From a virus (Duplodnaviria; Caudoviricetes), in the IMG/VR virus record IMGVR_UViG_3300010362_000058, positions 1-35,049 of that record: a DNA stretch of 35,049 bases. One strand, given 5' to 3'. A model generated the notes under the pieces. It saw nothing but the letters and a program-made list of their open reading frames with translations. It was not told the DNA's origin and did no database searches. The position numbers were made by a program, and so were the translations under genes. Below, piece after piece: positions 26,609 to 35,049 of the stretch. Numbering within the stretch: the stretch's first letter is position 1; every line of letters starts with the position of its first letter.

Positions 26609-27792
26609 TCACCTCGATTGATTGCGTTCTGCCGCGGCCCGACATCGGCGTGCTTCAGGAGCAGGTGCGCACCGAGCTATCGGACCGGCTGCTAGGCGGG
26701 GCGCCGGTCCTCCCGATGTCGTCGGAGGACGTCCTCGCCTTCGTCATGGCCGGCGTGGCCAATCTGATGCACGGCTTCGTCACGCAGGCGCTCAAGGAAA
26801 ATGACCCGGCGACGATGTGCTGCGACAACCTCATCACCTATGGGGCGCGGCGCGGGATCGACCTGCGCGCCTCGACGCGCGCCAAGGGCTATGTCGCGAT
26901 CACGGGCACGCCCGGCGCGGCGATCCCGGCGACCATCCGCTTCGTTGGCGAGTCGTCGCGCGAGTACAAGCTCGATCCGGCGGTCACCTTCAACCCGACG
27001 GCGCTCGACGCCGCCGGCGGGGCGGTCCTGCGCGTCGCCGCGACGCTAGGCGGAACGGCGTTCAACCTCGACGCCGGCGCCGCCCTTGTCGTCTCGACCA
27101 CGTTCCCCGGGATCGACCTCGCGGCGACGGTCGTCGGCAATGGAATTATCGGCGGGACCGACAACGAGACGTGCGAGCAGCTGCGCGCCCGGGTCGTCGC
27201 CGACGAGGCCGCCGGCGTCGTCACCACCAACGGCAAATGGTATTTGCAGCAGGCGGGGCGCTATCCCGGCGTGACCCGCGCCTGCTTCGACGAATGCGAG
27301 GGCTGCTGCGATCCGCAGCACGTCGTCATTTACCCGTTCATGGAGGGCGTTTATGGCGACGCCACCCACGCGCCCTATGGCGTCCCGCCCGGCGAGGTTC
27401 TGTGCGAGATGTCCGAGTGGATGTTCGGCCATGCCCGGGCGCACGGCGAGGGACTCGCGCCGATTGGGATCACCGGCCAATTCGCCCAGGCGCTGCCGAC
27501 GCACATGGTATTGCGGGTCTTTTGCTTCCGCGGCTGTCCGGCCGGGGCGGAGGCGCGCATCCTGACGGCGGTCCAGGCGCTGGTCCGCGCGACGACCTGC
27601 GTCGGATCGAAAATCTGCAAGGAGCAGGTTCGCGCCGCCGCCTATGCCGCGGTTGGTCCCGACATCTGCTTTTCGACAATCTATCTTGCGTTCGATCCGA
27701 CCCTATGGCGGCAGGACGACGCCTACGCCTATCTCGCGTGCGGGCACTTCCTGGTCGTCGACGGCGTCGAACTAGTTGACACATTCGCATGA
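26599..27792 (+). CDS. Baseplate J / Mu gp47-like protein, 15 Cys
   Basis: A.GYV.ITG.PG..IP, GG.D.E..EQLRARV and PGVTRA motifs. Confidence 0.9.
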   Translation: MALITSIDCVLPRPDIGVLQEQVRTELSDRLLGGAPVLPMSSEDVLAFVMAGVANLMHGFVTQALKENDPATMCCDNLITYGARRGIDLRASTRAKGYVAITGTPGAAIPATIRFVGESSREYKLDPAVTFNPTALDAAGGAVLRVAATLGGTAFNLDAGAALVVSTTFPGIDLAATVVGNGIIGGTDNETCEQLRARVVADEAAGVVTTNGKWYLQQAGRYPGVTRACFDECEGCCDPQHVVIYPFMEGVYGDATHAPYGVPPGEVLCEMSEWMFGHARAHGEGLAPIGITGQFAQALPTHMVLRVFCFRGCPAGAEARILTAVQALVRATTCVGSKICKEQVRAAAYAAVGPDICFSTIYLAFDPTLWRQDDAYAYLACGHFLVVDGVELVDTFA

Positions 27793-28685
27793 CGACCGGC
27801 CCCGACGTCCCCGCGATCCTCTGCTATGCGCCCGACGCCTGCTGCGGCGCGTCGCCGTGCGCGGTCGACGAGGACGAGTTCGTTTGTCAGGTCAGGTCGT
27901 TGCTGCCCGAGGGCGAGCCGTGGAACAACACGCGCCCGTCCGCCGCGACGCCGGCGGTAAACGAGGGCGCCATTACCGTCGGGTGCGCCCGCGTCGGGTG
28001 CGAGCAGCTTGTTCTCGGCGGCTGCTGCGCCGACAACATCCCGTGCGAGGACGTCCCGGTCGCCCCGCAATTGGCGGTAGTCGACGCATTTTCCGCCGTC
28101 GGCCACGGCGCGGTGATCGCCCTATGCCGGGCGCTGCGCGAGCTGGACCCGTGCACCGCCGACGCGACCATCCGCCATTGGGCCGACCGCTTCGGGATCG
28201 GACGACCGGACCCATGCGGGCCACCGTTCCCCGACGCGGTCCTCGCGGTGCTGGTGTGCCTGTTCGTGCGACTGCGCCGGGAGGTTATCAACCTCGCGTT
28301 CCTCCACGAGCTTGCCGCCGCCTTCGGCGCCGACCTCGTCGTCCGCGACGCCGGCGACATGAACTGCGGCCCGCTCGGATGGTGGACCATGGCGCGGACG
28401 CGTCCGGCCTGTCCGGAGACCGCGCTGTGCCCGCCGGCCCCGCCGGACAATGTGCCGTTTGTCCGCATGGTGGCGTGCAGCCCGACGCTGCCGCCGTCGC
28501 TCAACTTCGTGCTGTCGCCGGCCGACATCAACCTCCCGCCGAATTGCAACCTGCCGCCTAATCCGGCGACGCGACCGCATGATCCGGACCTCTACCAGGC
28601 CTTCAAATGGCTGCTGCCGCAAATCCTGCCGCAAAGCATCCTCGCCTGCGTCTATGAGCGGGACCCGGCTAACTGCATCGTTTGA
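27789..28685 (+). CDS. Baseplate protein (Mu gp48 / YmfQ-like), 21 Cys
   Basis: LLPEGEPW, ELDP.TA...I..W...FG...C and LAAAFG motifs. Confidence 0.82.
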   Translation: MTTGPDVPAILCYAPDACCGASPCAVDEDEFVCQVRSLLPEGEPWNNTRPSAATPAVNEGAITVGCARVGCEQLVLGGCCADNIPCEDVPVAPQLAVVDAFSAVGHGAVIALCRALRELDPCTADATIRHWADRFGIGRPDPCGPPFPDAVLAVLVCLFVRLRREVINLAFLHELAAAFGADLVVRDAGDMNCGPLGWWTMARTRPACPETALCPPAPPDNVPFVRMVACSPTLPPSLNFVLSPADINLPPNCNLPPNPATRPHDPDLYQAFKWLLPQILPQSILACVYERDPANCIV

Positions 28686-28754
28686 CGTCCGGACTACCGC
28701 CCGTCCACCGCATCCGGTATGCTCGCCCCCACCCGAACCGGGGAGGGGGCCGAT

Positions 28755-30587
28755 ATGGCCGCGATCTTTCCCCCCGCGTCGAAGGGGGGCGTGCCGCCCG
28801 GCCCGAACGTCTGCAACGGCTATACGCCCGAGCGCGGCGTCGCGGGCGAGGGACCGCTCTACGTCGCGCACGATTGCACGACGGTCCTGACCGACTGCCA
28901 ATTGAACGCCATCTCCAGCGAAATTCTCGCCGCCGTCGACCGCCTCGGCTTCGTCTACGATTCCGGCCGGATCACCAATCTGGCCGACTCGCTCGCCGCG
29001 CTGTTCAGCAGCCTGTCGACCGGCAAGCTCAGCATCAGCGGCGGGACCATGACCGGCCCGCTGATCCTGGCCGGTCCGCCGACGGTTCCGCTCGGCGCCG
29101 CGACGAAGCAATACGTGGACGACGCGCAGGCCGATATCGCCGCCGACCTAGCGGCCAAGGTTAACCGGACCGGCGACACGATGACCGGCTTTCTTACGCT
29201 GGTCGGACCGCCCACCGCCGCGCTCCATGCCGCCACGCGCGCCTATGTCGACGCCGGCGACGCCACCACGCAGCAGATGTTCAACAACAAGGTGAACCGG
29301 GCCGGCGACACCATGACCGGCATGCTGTCGCTCGCCGGTCCGCCGACGCAGCCGCAGCACGCCGTGACGCTCCAATATTTGCAGACCGCCATGGGGGCCG
29401 CGGGCAATTTCCCCGACGCCCCGGACGACGGTTTCGCCTACGGGCGGCGGTCGCTTGCGTGGGAGCGGATTGTCCGCCTCGGCGGGAGCACCATGACGGG
29501 ATTGCTGACGCTCTCCGGCAATCCCACCAGCGGGCTGCACGCCGCCACCAAGCAGTATGTCGACGCGCAGGTGGCGGCGAACATCGGCGACAAGGTCAGC
29601 CGGTCCGGCGATACCATGACCGGATTTCTCACGCTGTCGGGCGCGCCGACCGCCGCGCTGCACGCGGCGACGCGCGGCTACGTGGACGCGCAGGTCACCG
29701 CCAATCTGGCGGACAAGGTGAACCGGGTCGGCGACACCATGACCGGCGTGCTCAACATCAACGTCGCCGCCGCAACCAATGCCTGGAGCGTCAACGCCGG
29801 GGCGGCGCTGGCGCGGGGCGACGGTACCGGGCTGTTCACCTCGCCGTTCGACGTCCGCGGGGGCGGGGCCTCGCCCAATCCGCACCTGCGCTTTCTGGAT
29901 ACAAACGGTACTACCACCGCAGATATTTGGAGCAACGTTGCAGCGGCTACGCTGAATGTTCGCATCGGCGGCACCGATCGTGTGATGCTTCAGGGCAGCG
30001 GAATCTTTTTGGGGAATCCGCCGGACCCGCTGAACTGCGGCATGTTCATTGAGCCGGGCGGGGTCGGCGCCGACGTCTATATCCGGGCGAATTCGCAATA
30101 CTATTTTCGCTACAACACCGGGAATCTCTATTGGATCACGCCGGCCGGCAACGGGTTCTCGTGTGACGTCAACCGCAACGTTGCGGTCGGGCGCGATCTT
30201 GTCATCGGACTCAATGGCTACAAGCCGGGCGGCGGCCCATGGCTCGACGTGTCCGACGCGCGCATCAAGGACCGCGTCGTCGACTATGCCGCCGGGCTCG
30301 ACGCGGTCCGCGCGCTGCGGCCGGTCCGCTATCATTTCGGGACGGCGACCGGGCGCGACGCCGAGCGCGAGCACATCGGGCTCGTTGCGCAGGACGTCGA
30401 GCCGATCATGCCGGAATGCGTGACGCAGCAGGCGGTCACGCTAGGCGAGCTCCAGATTGACGACATGCGGGTCCTCGACACCGGCCCGATCATCTTCGCC
30501 CTCATCAACGCCGTGCGCGAGCTGGCCGCCGCCAATGACGAATTGCGCGACCGCCTGGCCGCGCTGGAGAAGGGGAGAAAACGCTGA
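28755..30587 (+). CDS. Tail fibre with repeated shaft units and C-terminal intramolecular chaperone (Peptidase S74-like)
   Basis: GGAGGG RBS; ~6 repeats K..R.GDTMTG.L.L.G.PT...HAATK.YVD; SDARIK..V...GL..V..L.PV.Y...G..AQDV followed by a coiled coil. Confidence 0.9.
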   Translation: MAAIFPPASKGGVPPGPNVCNGYTPERGVAGEGPLYVAHDCTTVLTDCQLNAISSEILAAVDRLGFVYDSGRITNLADSLAALFSSLSTGKLSISGGTMTGPLILAGPPTVPLGAATKQYVDDAQADIAADLAAKVNRTGDTMTGFLTLVGPPTAALHAATRAYVDAGDATTQQMFNNKVNRAGDTMTGMLSLAGPPTQPQHAVTLQYLQTAMGAAGNFPDAPDDGFAYGRRSLAWERIVRLGGSTMTGLLTLSGNPTSGLHAATKQYVDAQVAANIGDKVSRSGDTMTGFLTLSGAPTAALHAATRGYVDAQVTANLADKVNRVGDTMTGVLNINVAAATNAWSVNAGAALARGDGTGLFTSPFDVRGGGASPNPHLRFLDTNGTTTADIWSNVAAATLNVRIGGTDRVMLQGSGIFLGNPPDPLNCGMFIEPGGVGADVYIRANSQYYFRYNTGNLYWITPAGNGFSCDVNRNVAVGRDLVIGLNGYKPGGGPWLDVSDARIKDRVVDYAAGLDAVRALRPVRYHFGTATGRDAEREHIGLVAQDVEPIMPECVTQQAVTLGELQIDDMRVLDTGPIIFALINAVRELAAANDELRDRLAALEKGRKR

Positions 30588-31291
30588 TGCCGACCACCCG
30601 GGTGATTGATCTGTCCCACCACAATACCGTCCCGTCGTCGCTCCAGCCGGCGCGCGACGCCGGCGTCTGGGGCGTCATCCACAAGCTCACCGAGGGGACC
30701 GGGTTCACCGACAGCAAGGTGGGCGCGCGCTATTTCCTCGCCCGCGACGCCGGCCTGCTATGGGGCGTCTATCATTTCATCCGCCCCGGCAAGATCGAGC
30801 AGCAGGCGGAGTATTTCGTCGGCCGGGCCGACGCGCTGGAGGTCGCCGACGACGACACGCTCTACGTCCTCGACTACGAGGACGCCGGCGTCTCGCTCGA
30901 CGACGCGCTGACCTTCATGCGCCGGGTCGAGGCGCTGACCGGGCGCCCGCCGGCGCTCTATTCCGGCCATGTGCTCAAGGAGGCGCTGGGCGGCAAGCCC
31001 AACGCCGAGATTTCCGGATACCGCCTGTGGCTGGCGCAGTATTCGTCGGCGCCGACGCTGCCGCCGGGGTTCGACGACTATTGGCTCTGGCAATTTTCCG
31101 AATCCGGCAGCGTCCCCGGGATCAATCCGCCGGTGGACGTCAACGCCTATGACGGCGACGAGACGGACCTCCGCGCCGAATGGTCGGGCGGGGCGCCGGA
31201 GCCCGGTCCCGAGCCCGAGGCCGTCGTCACCGTCACCATCGAAGCCCCGCCCGGCGTCCGGGTCGTGGTCAATACCGAGGAGTCGTCATGA
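30587..31291 (+). CDS. GH25 muramidase (endolysin)
   Basis: IDLSHHN, KLTEG, GVYHF, LDYE, LWLAQY, WQFS and VDVN motifs. Confidence 0.92.
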   Translation: MPTTRVIDLSHHNTVPSSLQPARDAGVWGVIHKLTEGTGFTDSKVGARYFLARDAGLLWGVYHFIRPGKIEQQAEYFVGRADALEVADDDTLYVLDYEDAGVSLDDALTFMRRVEALTGRPPALYSGHVLKEALGGKPNAEISGYRLWLAQYSSAPTLPPGFDDYWLWQFSESGSVPGINPPVDVNAYDGDETDLRAEWSGGAPEPGPEPEAVVTVTIEAPPGVRVVVNTEESS

Positions 31292-31521
31292 ATGACGGCC
31301 CGGTCACGGAGGGCGTCCGCGGATTTTTCGACGCGCTGAAGGGGCAGCCGCTATCGCTCGCGCTGGTGCTGATGAATCTCGGCCTGCTCGGATTTCTCTA
31401 CTACACCGCGGTCGAGGCGGCCAAGGAGCGCCACGTCGAAATGCAGCTGATGTACCAAAACCGACTCGACGTCGCGAAGCTGCTGGCGAGTTGCTACCCG
31501 GCGCGCGACGGCGCGCAGTGA
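31288..31521 (+). CDS. Single-TM membrane protein (holin/antiholin candidate), paralogue 1
   Basis: GAGGAG RBS, ATGA overlap; LKGQPLSLALVLMNLGLLGFL. Confidence 0.7.
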   Translation: MNDGPVTEGVRGFFDALKGQPLSLALVLMNLGLLGFLYYTAVEAAKERHVEMQLMYQNRLDVAKLLASCYPARDGAQ

Positions 31522-31530
31522 GGTCGGCCT

Positions 31531-31806
31531 ATGGGCGCAATCGAGGAAGGCGGCAAGGTCGCGACGTCGGTCGTCGAGTCGATGAAGGCGCAACCGCTGG
31601 CGCTGGCGGTCATCGTCGTCAACGTGCTGTTCCTGGCGTTCCTGGTTTACGTCTTTCACGCGATCTCCACCACCAACCGGATTGAGCGCGAGCGGCGCGC
31701 CGAAATGTTCCAGGAATTGCGCAAGACCTGCGAGACATGCCGGGCGCGGCTTGATCCGCAGTACCGATTGCAAAGCGACGATCCGACCGGGACCGGGCAC
31801 CAATAG
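31531..31806 (+). CDS. Single-TM membrane protein (holin/antiholin candidate), paralogue 2
   Basis: MKAQPLALAVIVVNVLFLAFL; C-terminal CxxC. Confidence 0.7.
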   Translation: MGAIEEGGKVATSVVESMKAQPLALAVIVVNVLFLAFLVYVFHAISTTNRIERERRAEMFQELRKTCETCRARLDPQYRLQSDDPTGTGHQ

Positions 31807-31817
31807 AGGGCAAGGCG

Positions 31818-33179
31818 ATGTCTGGATGGCACCCTAACAGCAGCGACGGCGGCCTGCCCCCGAACCCATCCAGCCCCAATAATCCGGCCGCCGCCTTCGA
31901 TCCGGTGTTTGATCCGGTCGGCACGTCGGCACTCTACTATGGCAACGGCTGCGACGTCCGGCTCCGCCCCGAGGTCGTCAATTCGCTCATCTCGGAAAAC
32001 CTGGCGCTCGTTGACGCCGCCGAGGTCCATTACGATCCGGCCCGGCTCACCAATCTCCTGCTAGGCGTTCAATATCTGGTCCAGCGCGGCCTGATGTCGG
32101 GCGCCGATATGGTCGGCGGCCCGAATGCCTACGCCACCACGTTGACCCCGCCGGCGACCCGCTACAACGATTTCATGACGCTGCGGCTGGTGCCGATTGT
32201 CGCCAACGCGGGCGCGGTCACGCTCAATGTAAACGGCCTTGGCTCGGTGCCGGTGCTGCGGAACGACGGCGAGCAACTGGTCGACGGCGACCTGCGCGGC
32301 GGCGTCCCGGTCATCCTGATCTATCGCGCGCCGGTGTTTTTCGTGCCCTACCTCGTCATGTCGCAGGTGCCGAAAATCATATCCGGCGCCGTCGACGGGT
32401 GGGTCCGCACCGACGGCAACGACGCGACCGGCGACGGGACCGCCAACACGCCCGACCGGGCCTTCCGCACAATCAACGGGGCATTCGAGGCGCTCGGCGC
32501 GCGCTTTTCGCAGTCGCCGCGCTTCACCATGAACATCCGCCTCGGCATCCCCGGCACGTATGACGCGTGCCAGCTATCAACATTCGGCGGCGAGGTGAAC
32601 ATTATCGGCGACCGCGCCAATCCGAACCTCTATCGGATCGCCGGCATGGGGGCAGGGGGGTACGGCCACGCCGTCCTGATATCCGGGACGACGTGCACGC
32701 TGACGGGCCTGACCCTGCTGCTCGATTATCCGGCGCCGACGATTTTCTGGGCGCTGGCCGTGACCGGCAATGCGGTCGTGATGCTGGACGAGATTCGGTT
32801 TCTCGCGCTCACCAGCAATTCGCAGGCCAGCTTCATCACGGTGTCGGGCAATGCGGTGATGCGCATCCGCAACCGCGTGGAATTCGAGGGCGGCGGCGGA
32901 TCATTTCGGACGATCATTTGGGTGCAGGGCGCGCAATTCAACGGCGCCGGGGCCGGCGAAAACGGCAGCATGGGATTCAGCAACATCAACGCCGCGCGCG
33001 CCAGCGTCGCGGTCGACTATCTCGGGACATGCTCGTTCGCCGCGATCACGCCGACCATCAGCGGGTGCACCGGCAAGCAACATGAGGTCACCGCCAACTC
33101 GGTGCTGTCGACGCCCTGGACATTGCCCGGCAACATTCCGGGGACGGAATCCAGCGGCGGCCAATTCATGGGACCCTAG
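31818..33179 (+). CDS. Second tail fibre / receptor-binding protein with probable beta-helical C-terminus
   Basis: N-terminus resembles the 28755 fibre; N.GAVTLNVNGLG..P; VRTDGND..G.G.....AFRTI..A beta-helix lead-in. Confidence 0.8.
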   Translation: MSGWHPNSSDGGLPPNPSSPNNPAAAFDPVFDPVGTSALYYGNGCDVRLRPEVVNSLISENLALVDAAEVHYDPARLTNLLLGVQYLVQRGLMSGADMVGGPNAYATTLTPPATRYNDFMTLRLVPIVANAGAVTLNVNGLGSVPVLRNDGEQLVDGDLRGGVPVILIYRAPVFFVPYLVMSQVPKIISGAVDGWVRTDGNDATGDGTANTPDRAFRTINGAFEALGARFSQSPRFTMNIRLGIPGTYDACQLSTFGGEVNIIGDRANPNLYRIAGMGAGGYGHAVLISGTTCTLTGLTLLLDYPAPTIFWALAVTGNAVVMLDEIRFLALTSNSQASFITVSGNAVMRIRNRVEFEGGGGSFRTIIWVQGAQFNGAGAGENGSMGFSNINAARASVAVDYLGTCSFAAITPTISGCTGKQHEVTANSVLSTPWTLPGNIPGTESSGGQFMGP

Positions 33180-33199
33180 CGGGCTAGCGGGAGGGACGA

Positions 33200-33418
33200 A
33201 TGATTGAGCTTGCGATTTCGATCCTGTGGCTGGCCATCGGCATCCTCGTCCTGCTCGGCGTCGTCTGGCTGGTGCTCTACGGCATCAAGATATTCGCCCC
33301 GATCCCGCCGCGCATCGAGCAGCTGGTGTGGGTGGTGGTGCTGATCCTCTGCCTGATCGGCATCCTCTCGCTGCTGTCGGGGAGCGGGGACGCGATCCGC
33401 GTCCCGCGCTTTCGATAG
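33200..33418 (+). CDS. Small two-TM membrane protein (holin candidate)
   Basis: GGAGGG RBS; two hydrophobic helices separated by PIPP; precedes the second hydrolase. Confidence 0.7.
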   Translation: MIELAISILWLAIGILVLLGVVWLVLYGIKIFAPIPPRIEQLVWVVVLILCLIGILSLLSGSGDAIRVPRFR

Positions 33419-33484
33419 GTCGCGCGTCGATCCGCTGCCGCCATATCCGCCGCCGCCGCCGCCGATTTGCGATAGGTGTTGAAG

Positions 33485-34105
33485 ATGTCCAAGCTCCCGC
33501 TATCGCGGACCCAGGTGCTGAAGGGCACGCGTTGGCTGATGGGGAATTTCGGCGACGACATCGCGCGGGCGGTCGCCGGCAAGCCCTACGGCGCCGAGAT
33601 CCTGTGCGCTATCGCGTGCAAGGAGACCGGGTTCATCTGGATCGCGCGCAGCGACAAGATGGCGGCGGACGCGCTGCTGCCGCTGCTGATCGGCGACGCC
33701 AGCGGCGACGTCCCCGGACATGGACGCCGGGCGTTCCCGCGCAACACCGCGGCCTTCCGCGCCGCCTATGGCGACGCCTTCGCCGACATGCTCATCGCCG
33801 AGACAAACAAGGCGCGCGCGCTGCGCGGGCTATCGCCGGCGCGCATCCTCTACAAGGGGTTCGGAATTTTTCAGTACGACCTGCAACACGTCCAAACCGA
33901 CCGGGAGTTTTTCGAGCGGCGCATGTGGCATCGCATGGCGCCGTGTCTTGAGCGGGCGACGCGCGAGCTAGATCGCACCTTCCGGGCGGCGGGGGGCGAT
34001 CCCCGCGACGCGGTCCGTCGCTACAACGGCGCCGGGACAGCCGCGCAAATCTATGCCGGGCATGTGATGGCGTTCGCCGACATTGCGCGGCCGGTCGTCG
34101 TCTAA
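33485..34105 (+). CDS. Lysozyme-like / lytic transglycosylase-fold peptidoglycan hydrolase
   Basis: AIA.KETG (catalytic Glu), GFGIFQYD, AVRRYNG and Y...V motifs. Confidence 0.78.
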   Translation: MSKLPLSRTQVLKGTRWLMGNFGDDIARAVAGKPYGAEILCAIACKETGFIWIARSDKMAADALLPLLIGDASGDVPGHGRRAFPRNTAAFRAAYGDAFADMLIAETNKARALRGLSPARILYKGFGIFQYDLQHVQTDREFFERRMWHRMAPCLERATRELDRTFRAAGGDPRDAVRRYNGAGTAAQIYAGHVMAFADIARPVVV

Positions 34106-34120
34106 ATAGGAGGGTTCTCC

Positions 34121-34414
34121 ATGTCCCGATCATTCGCCAATCTCACGCGGGCCGCGGCGCTCGCGCTCGCGCTCGTCGGCTGCGCCGGCGGGACCAACGC
34201 TACCGTGCAGCAGATCATCGACGCGACCCGGGCCGCCTGCTCGTTCGTCCCGACGGTCGAAACAATCCTCGAGCTGCTGAACCAGTCGGGACCGTTCGCC
34301 GACGTCCTCGGCATCGCCAACGCCATCTGCGGCGCGGTCACGCAGCCGCGGGCGCGCGACGCCGGCCCGCCGACGGTCAACGGCGTGGTTATTCGCGGTC
34401 GGTTTGTGCGGTAA
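34121..34414 (+). CDS. Lipoprotein (spanin candidate)
   Basis: AGGAGG RBS; signal peptide with lipobox LVGC; two further Cys; last gene of the lysis cluster. Confidence 0.72.
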   Translation: MSRSFANLTRAAALALALVGCAGGTNATVQQIIDATRAACSFVPTVETILELLNQSGPFADVLGIANAICGAVTQPRARDAGPPTVNGVVIRGRFVR

Positions 34415-34451
34415 TTTTCAGCGCGGGTATAGGACGAAGTTGGAGTCGGGC

Positions 34452-34471
34452 CGCGCCCGGTCGGGCGCGGT
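34452..34471. terminator. Hairpin between convergent genes
   Basis: CCGCGCCCG-gt-CGGGCGCGG; no clear U-tract. Confidence 0.35.
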
Positions 34472-34563
34472 GACGGTCCAGGCCTGGATTATTGCATAGG
34501 TGGCGGCAACGGCGAGGATTGCGACCAGCATCCGGACGGCTATCCGGCGCGCGATTTGATTTG

Positions 34564-34989
34564 TCATTGCGTCACCCTTTCAATTTTGACCCGGTCGCCC
34601 GTGATAATATTGGCGTAGTCGTCGCCGGCAAACATGACGGACAGGGTGCTCACGAGGACTCCCGGCCATGCCTCGACCTCGATCACGAGGCTGATCCCAT
34701 TGGCCGACGCCTGGACGACCTGCCCGGCGGCGGTCTCGTCGTTCATGGTCACGCGCACCCGCTCGCCCCGCGCAAAAATCGCCGGTGGCCAGACCGCGTC
34801 GCGGCCGATCCGCTCGGCCATGACCACCTGGTCGTGCAACCGGCCGACGTTGAAGCGGTTGCCGCAGCCGCGGCACTCCACGTTCTCGGAATTGCCACCG
34901 CGCGGGCCGGGGCGCCAATCCGTCCCGCCGCAATCGGGGCAGCGCCCGGCCTGCAGGTCGTCGACGAGGGTCGAGCCGCTCGCGCTCAT
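34564..34989 (-). CDS. Zinc-ribbon hypothetical protein (start 34989 or 35004)
   Basis: CPDCGG...GPRGG.S.N..CRGCG.RFN. Confidence 0.65.
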   Translation of the reverse strand: MSASGSTLVDDLQAGRCPDCGGTDWRPGPRGGNSENVECRGCGNRFNVGRLHDQVVMAERIGRDAVWPPAIFARGERVRVTMNDETAAGQVVQASANGISLVIEVEAWPGVLVSTLSVMFAGDDYANIITGDRVKIERVTQ

Positions 34990-35049
34990 TGCAGTGCCAC
35001 CCATAAAATCGCAATACCCACAGCGGCCTCAAGGTAGGCGAGCACGACA

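Larger units (their letters stand above)
1..34414 (+). mobile_element. Myovirus-type phage or prophage morphogenesis and lysis region (HK97-like head, Mu-like contractile tail)
   Basis: Complete syntenic head-neck-tail-baseplate-fibre-lysis series; no host housekeeping genes; ends of the element not visible. Confidence 0.95.

Noticed and set aside
16636-28685. Interpretation as a tailocin, eCIS or T6SS
   Set aside because: Terminase, portal, protease and capsid genes are present in the same operon, so this is a complete phage morphogenesis region
28755-33179. Diversity-generating retroelement or invertase-based fibre switching
   Set aside because: No reverse transcriptase, no TR/VR pair differing at adenines, no invertase or flanking inverted repeats seen in the window
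1-35049. tRNA, rRNA or intron/intein elements
   Set aside because: No cloverleaf, rRNA-like segment or intein/homing-endonuclease motifs recognised by eye

Overview
The whole window (~70% GC) is the virion-morphogenesis and lysis arm of a tailed phage or prophage. The host is probably a Gram-negative bacterium, possibly an alphaproteobacterium (inference). Gene order on the + strand: 3' part of the large terminase, portal, Mu gpF-like head morphogenesis protein, HK97-type prohead protease and major capsid, then small head/neck genes. A Mu-like contractile tail follows: sheath, tube, chaperone with a GGGAAAG -1 frameshift, tape measure, gpN/gpP/gp45/gp46/gp47/gp48-like proteins and fibres. The lysis region has two predicted peptidoglycan hydrolases and a lipoprotein. 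Two accessory islands interrupt the structural operon (3369-4524 and 9022-14497). Main highlights: (1) many virion proteins are unusually cysteine-rich while non-structural and lumenal proteins have none, suggesting a disulfide- or metal-crosslinked particle; (2) a ParB-N gene is coupled to a three-domain DNA methyltransferase / Cys-cluster / PLP-enzyme fusion, a candidate novel DNA-modification system; (3) a perfect chromosomal parS core palindrome sits upstream of the sheath gene; (4) a repeated palindrome-over-(-10) plus hairpin plus RBS cassette precedes small accessory genes; (5) the baseplate spike is fused to collagen and fibre domains. All product calls come from motifs and synteny recognised by eye; no database search was run.
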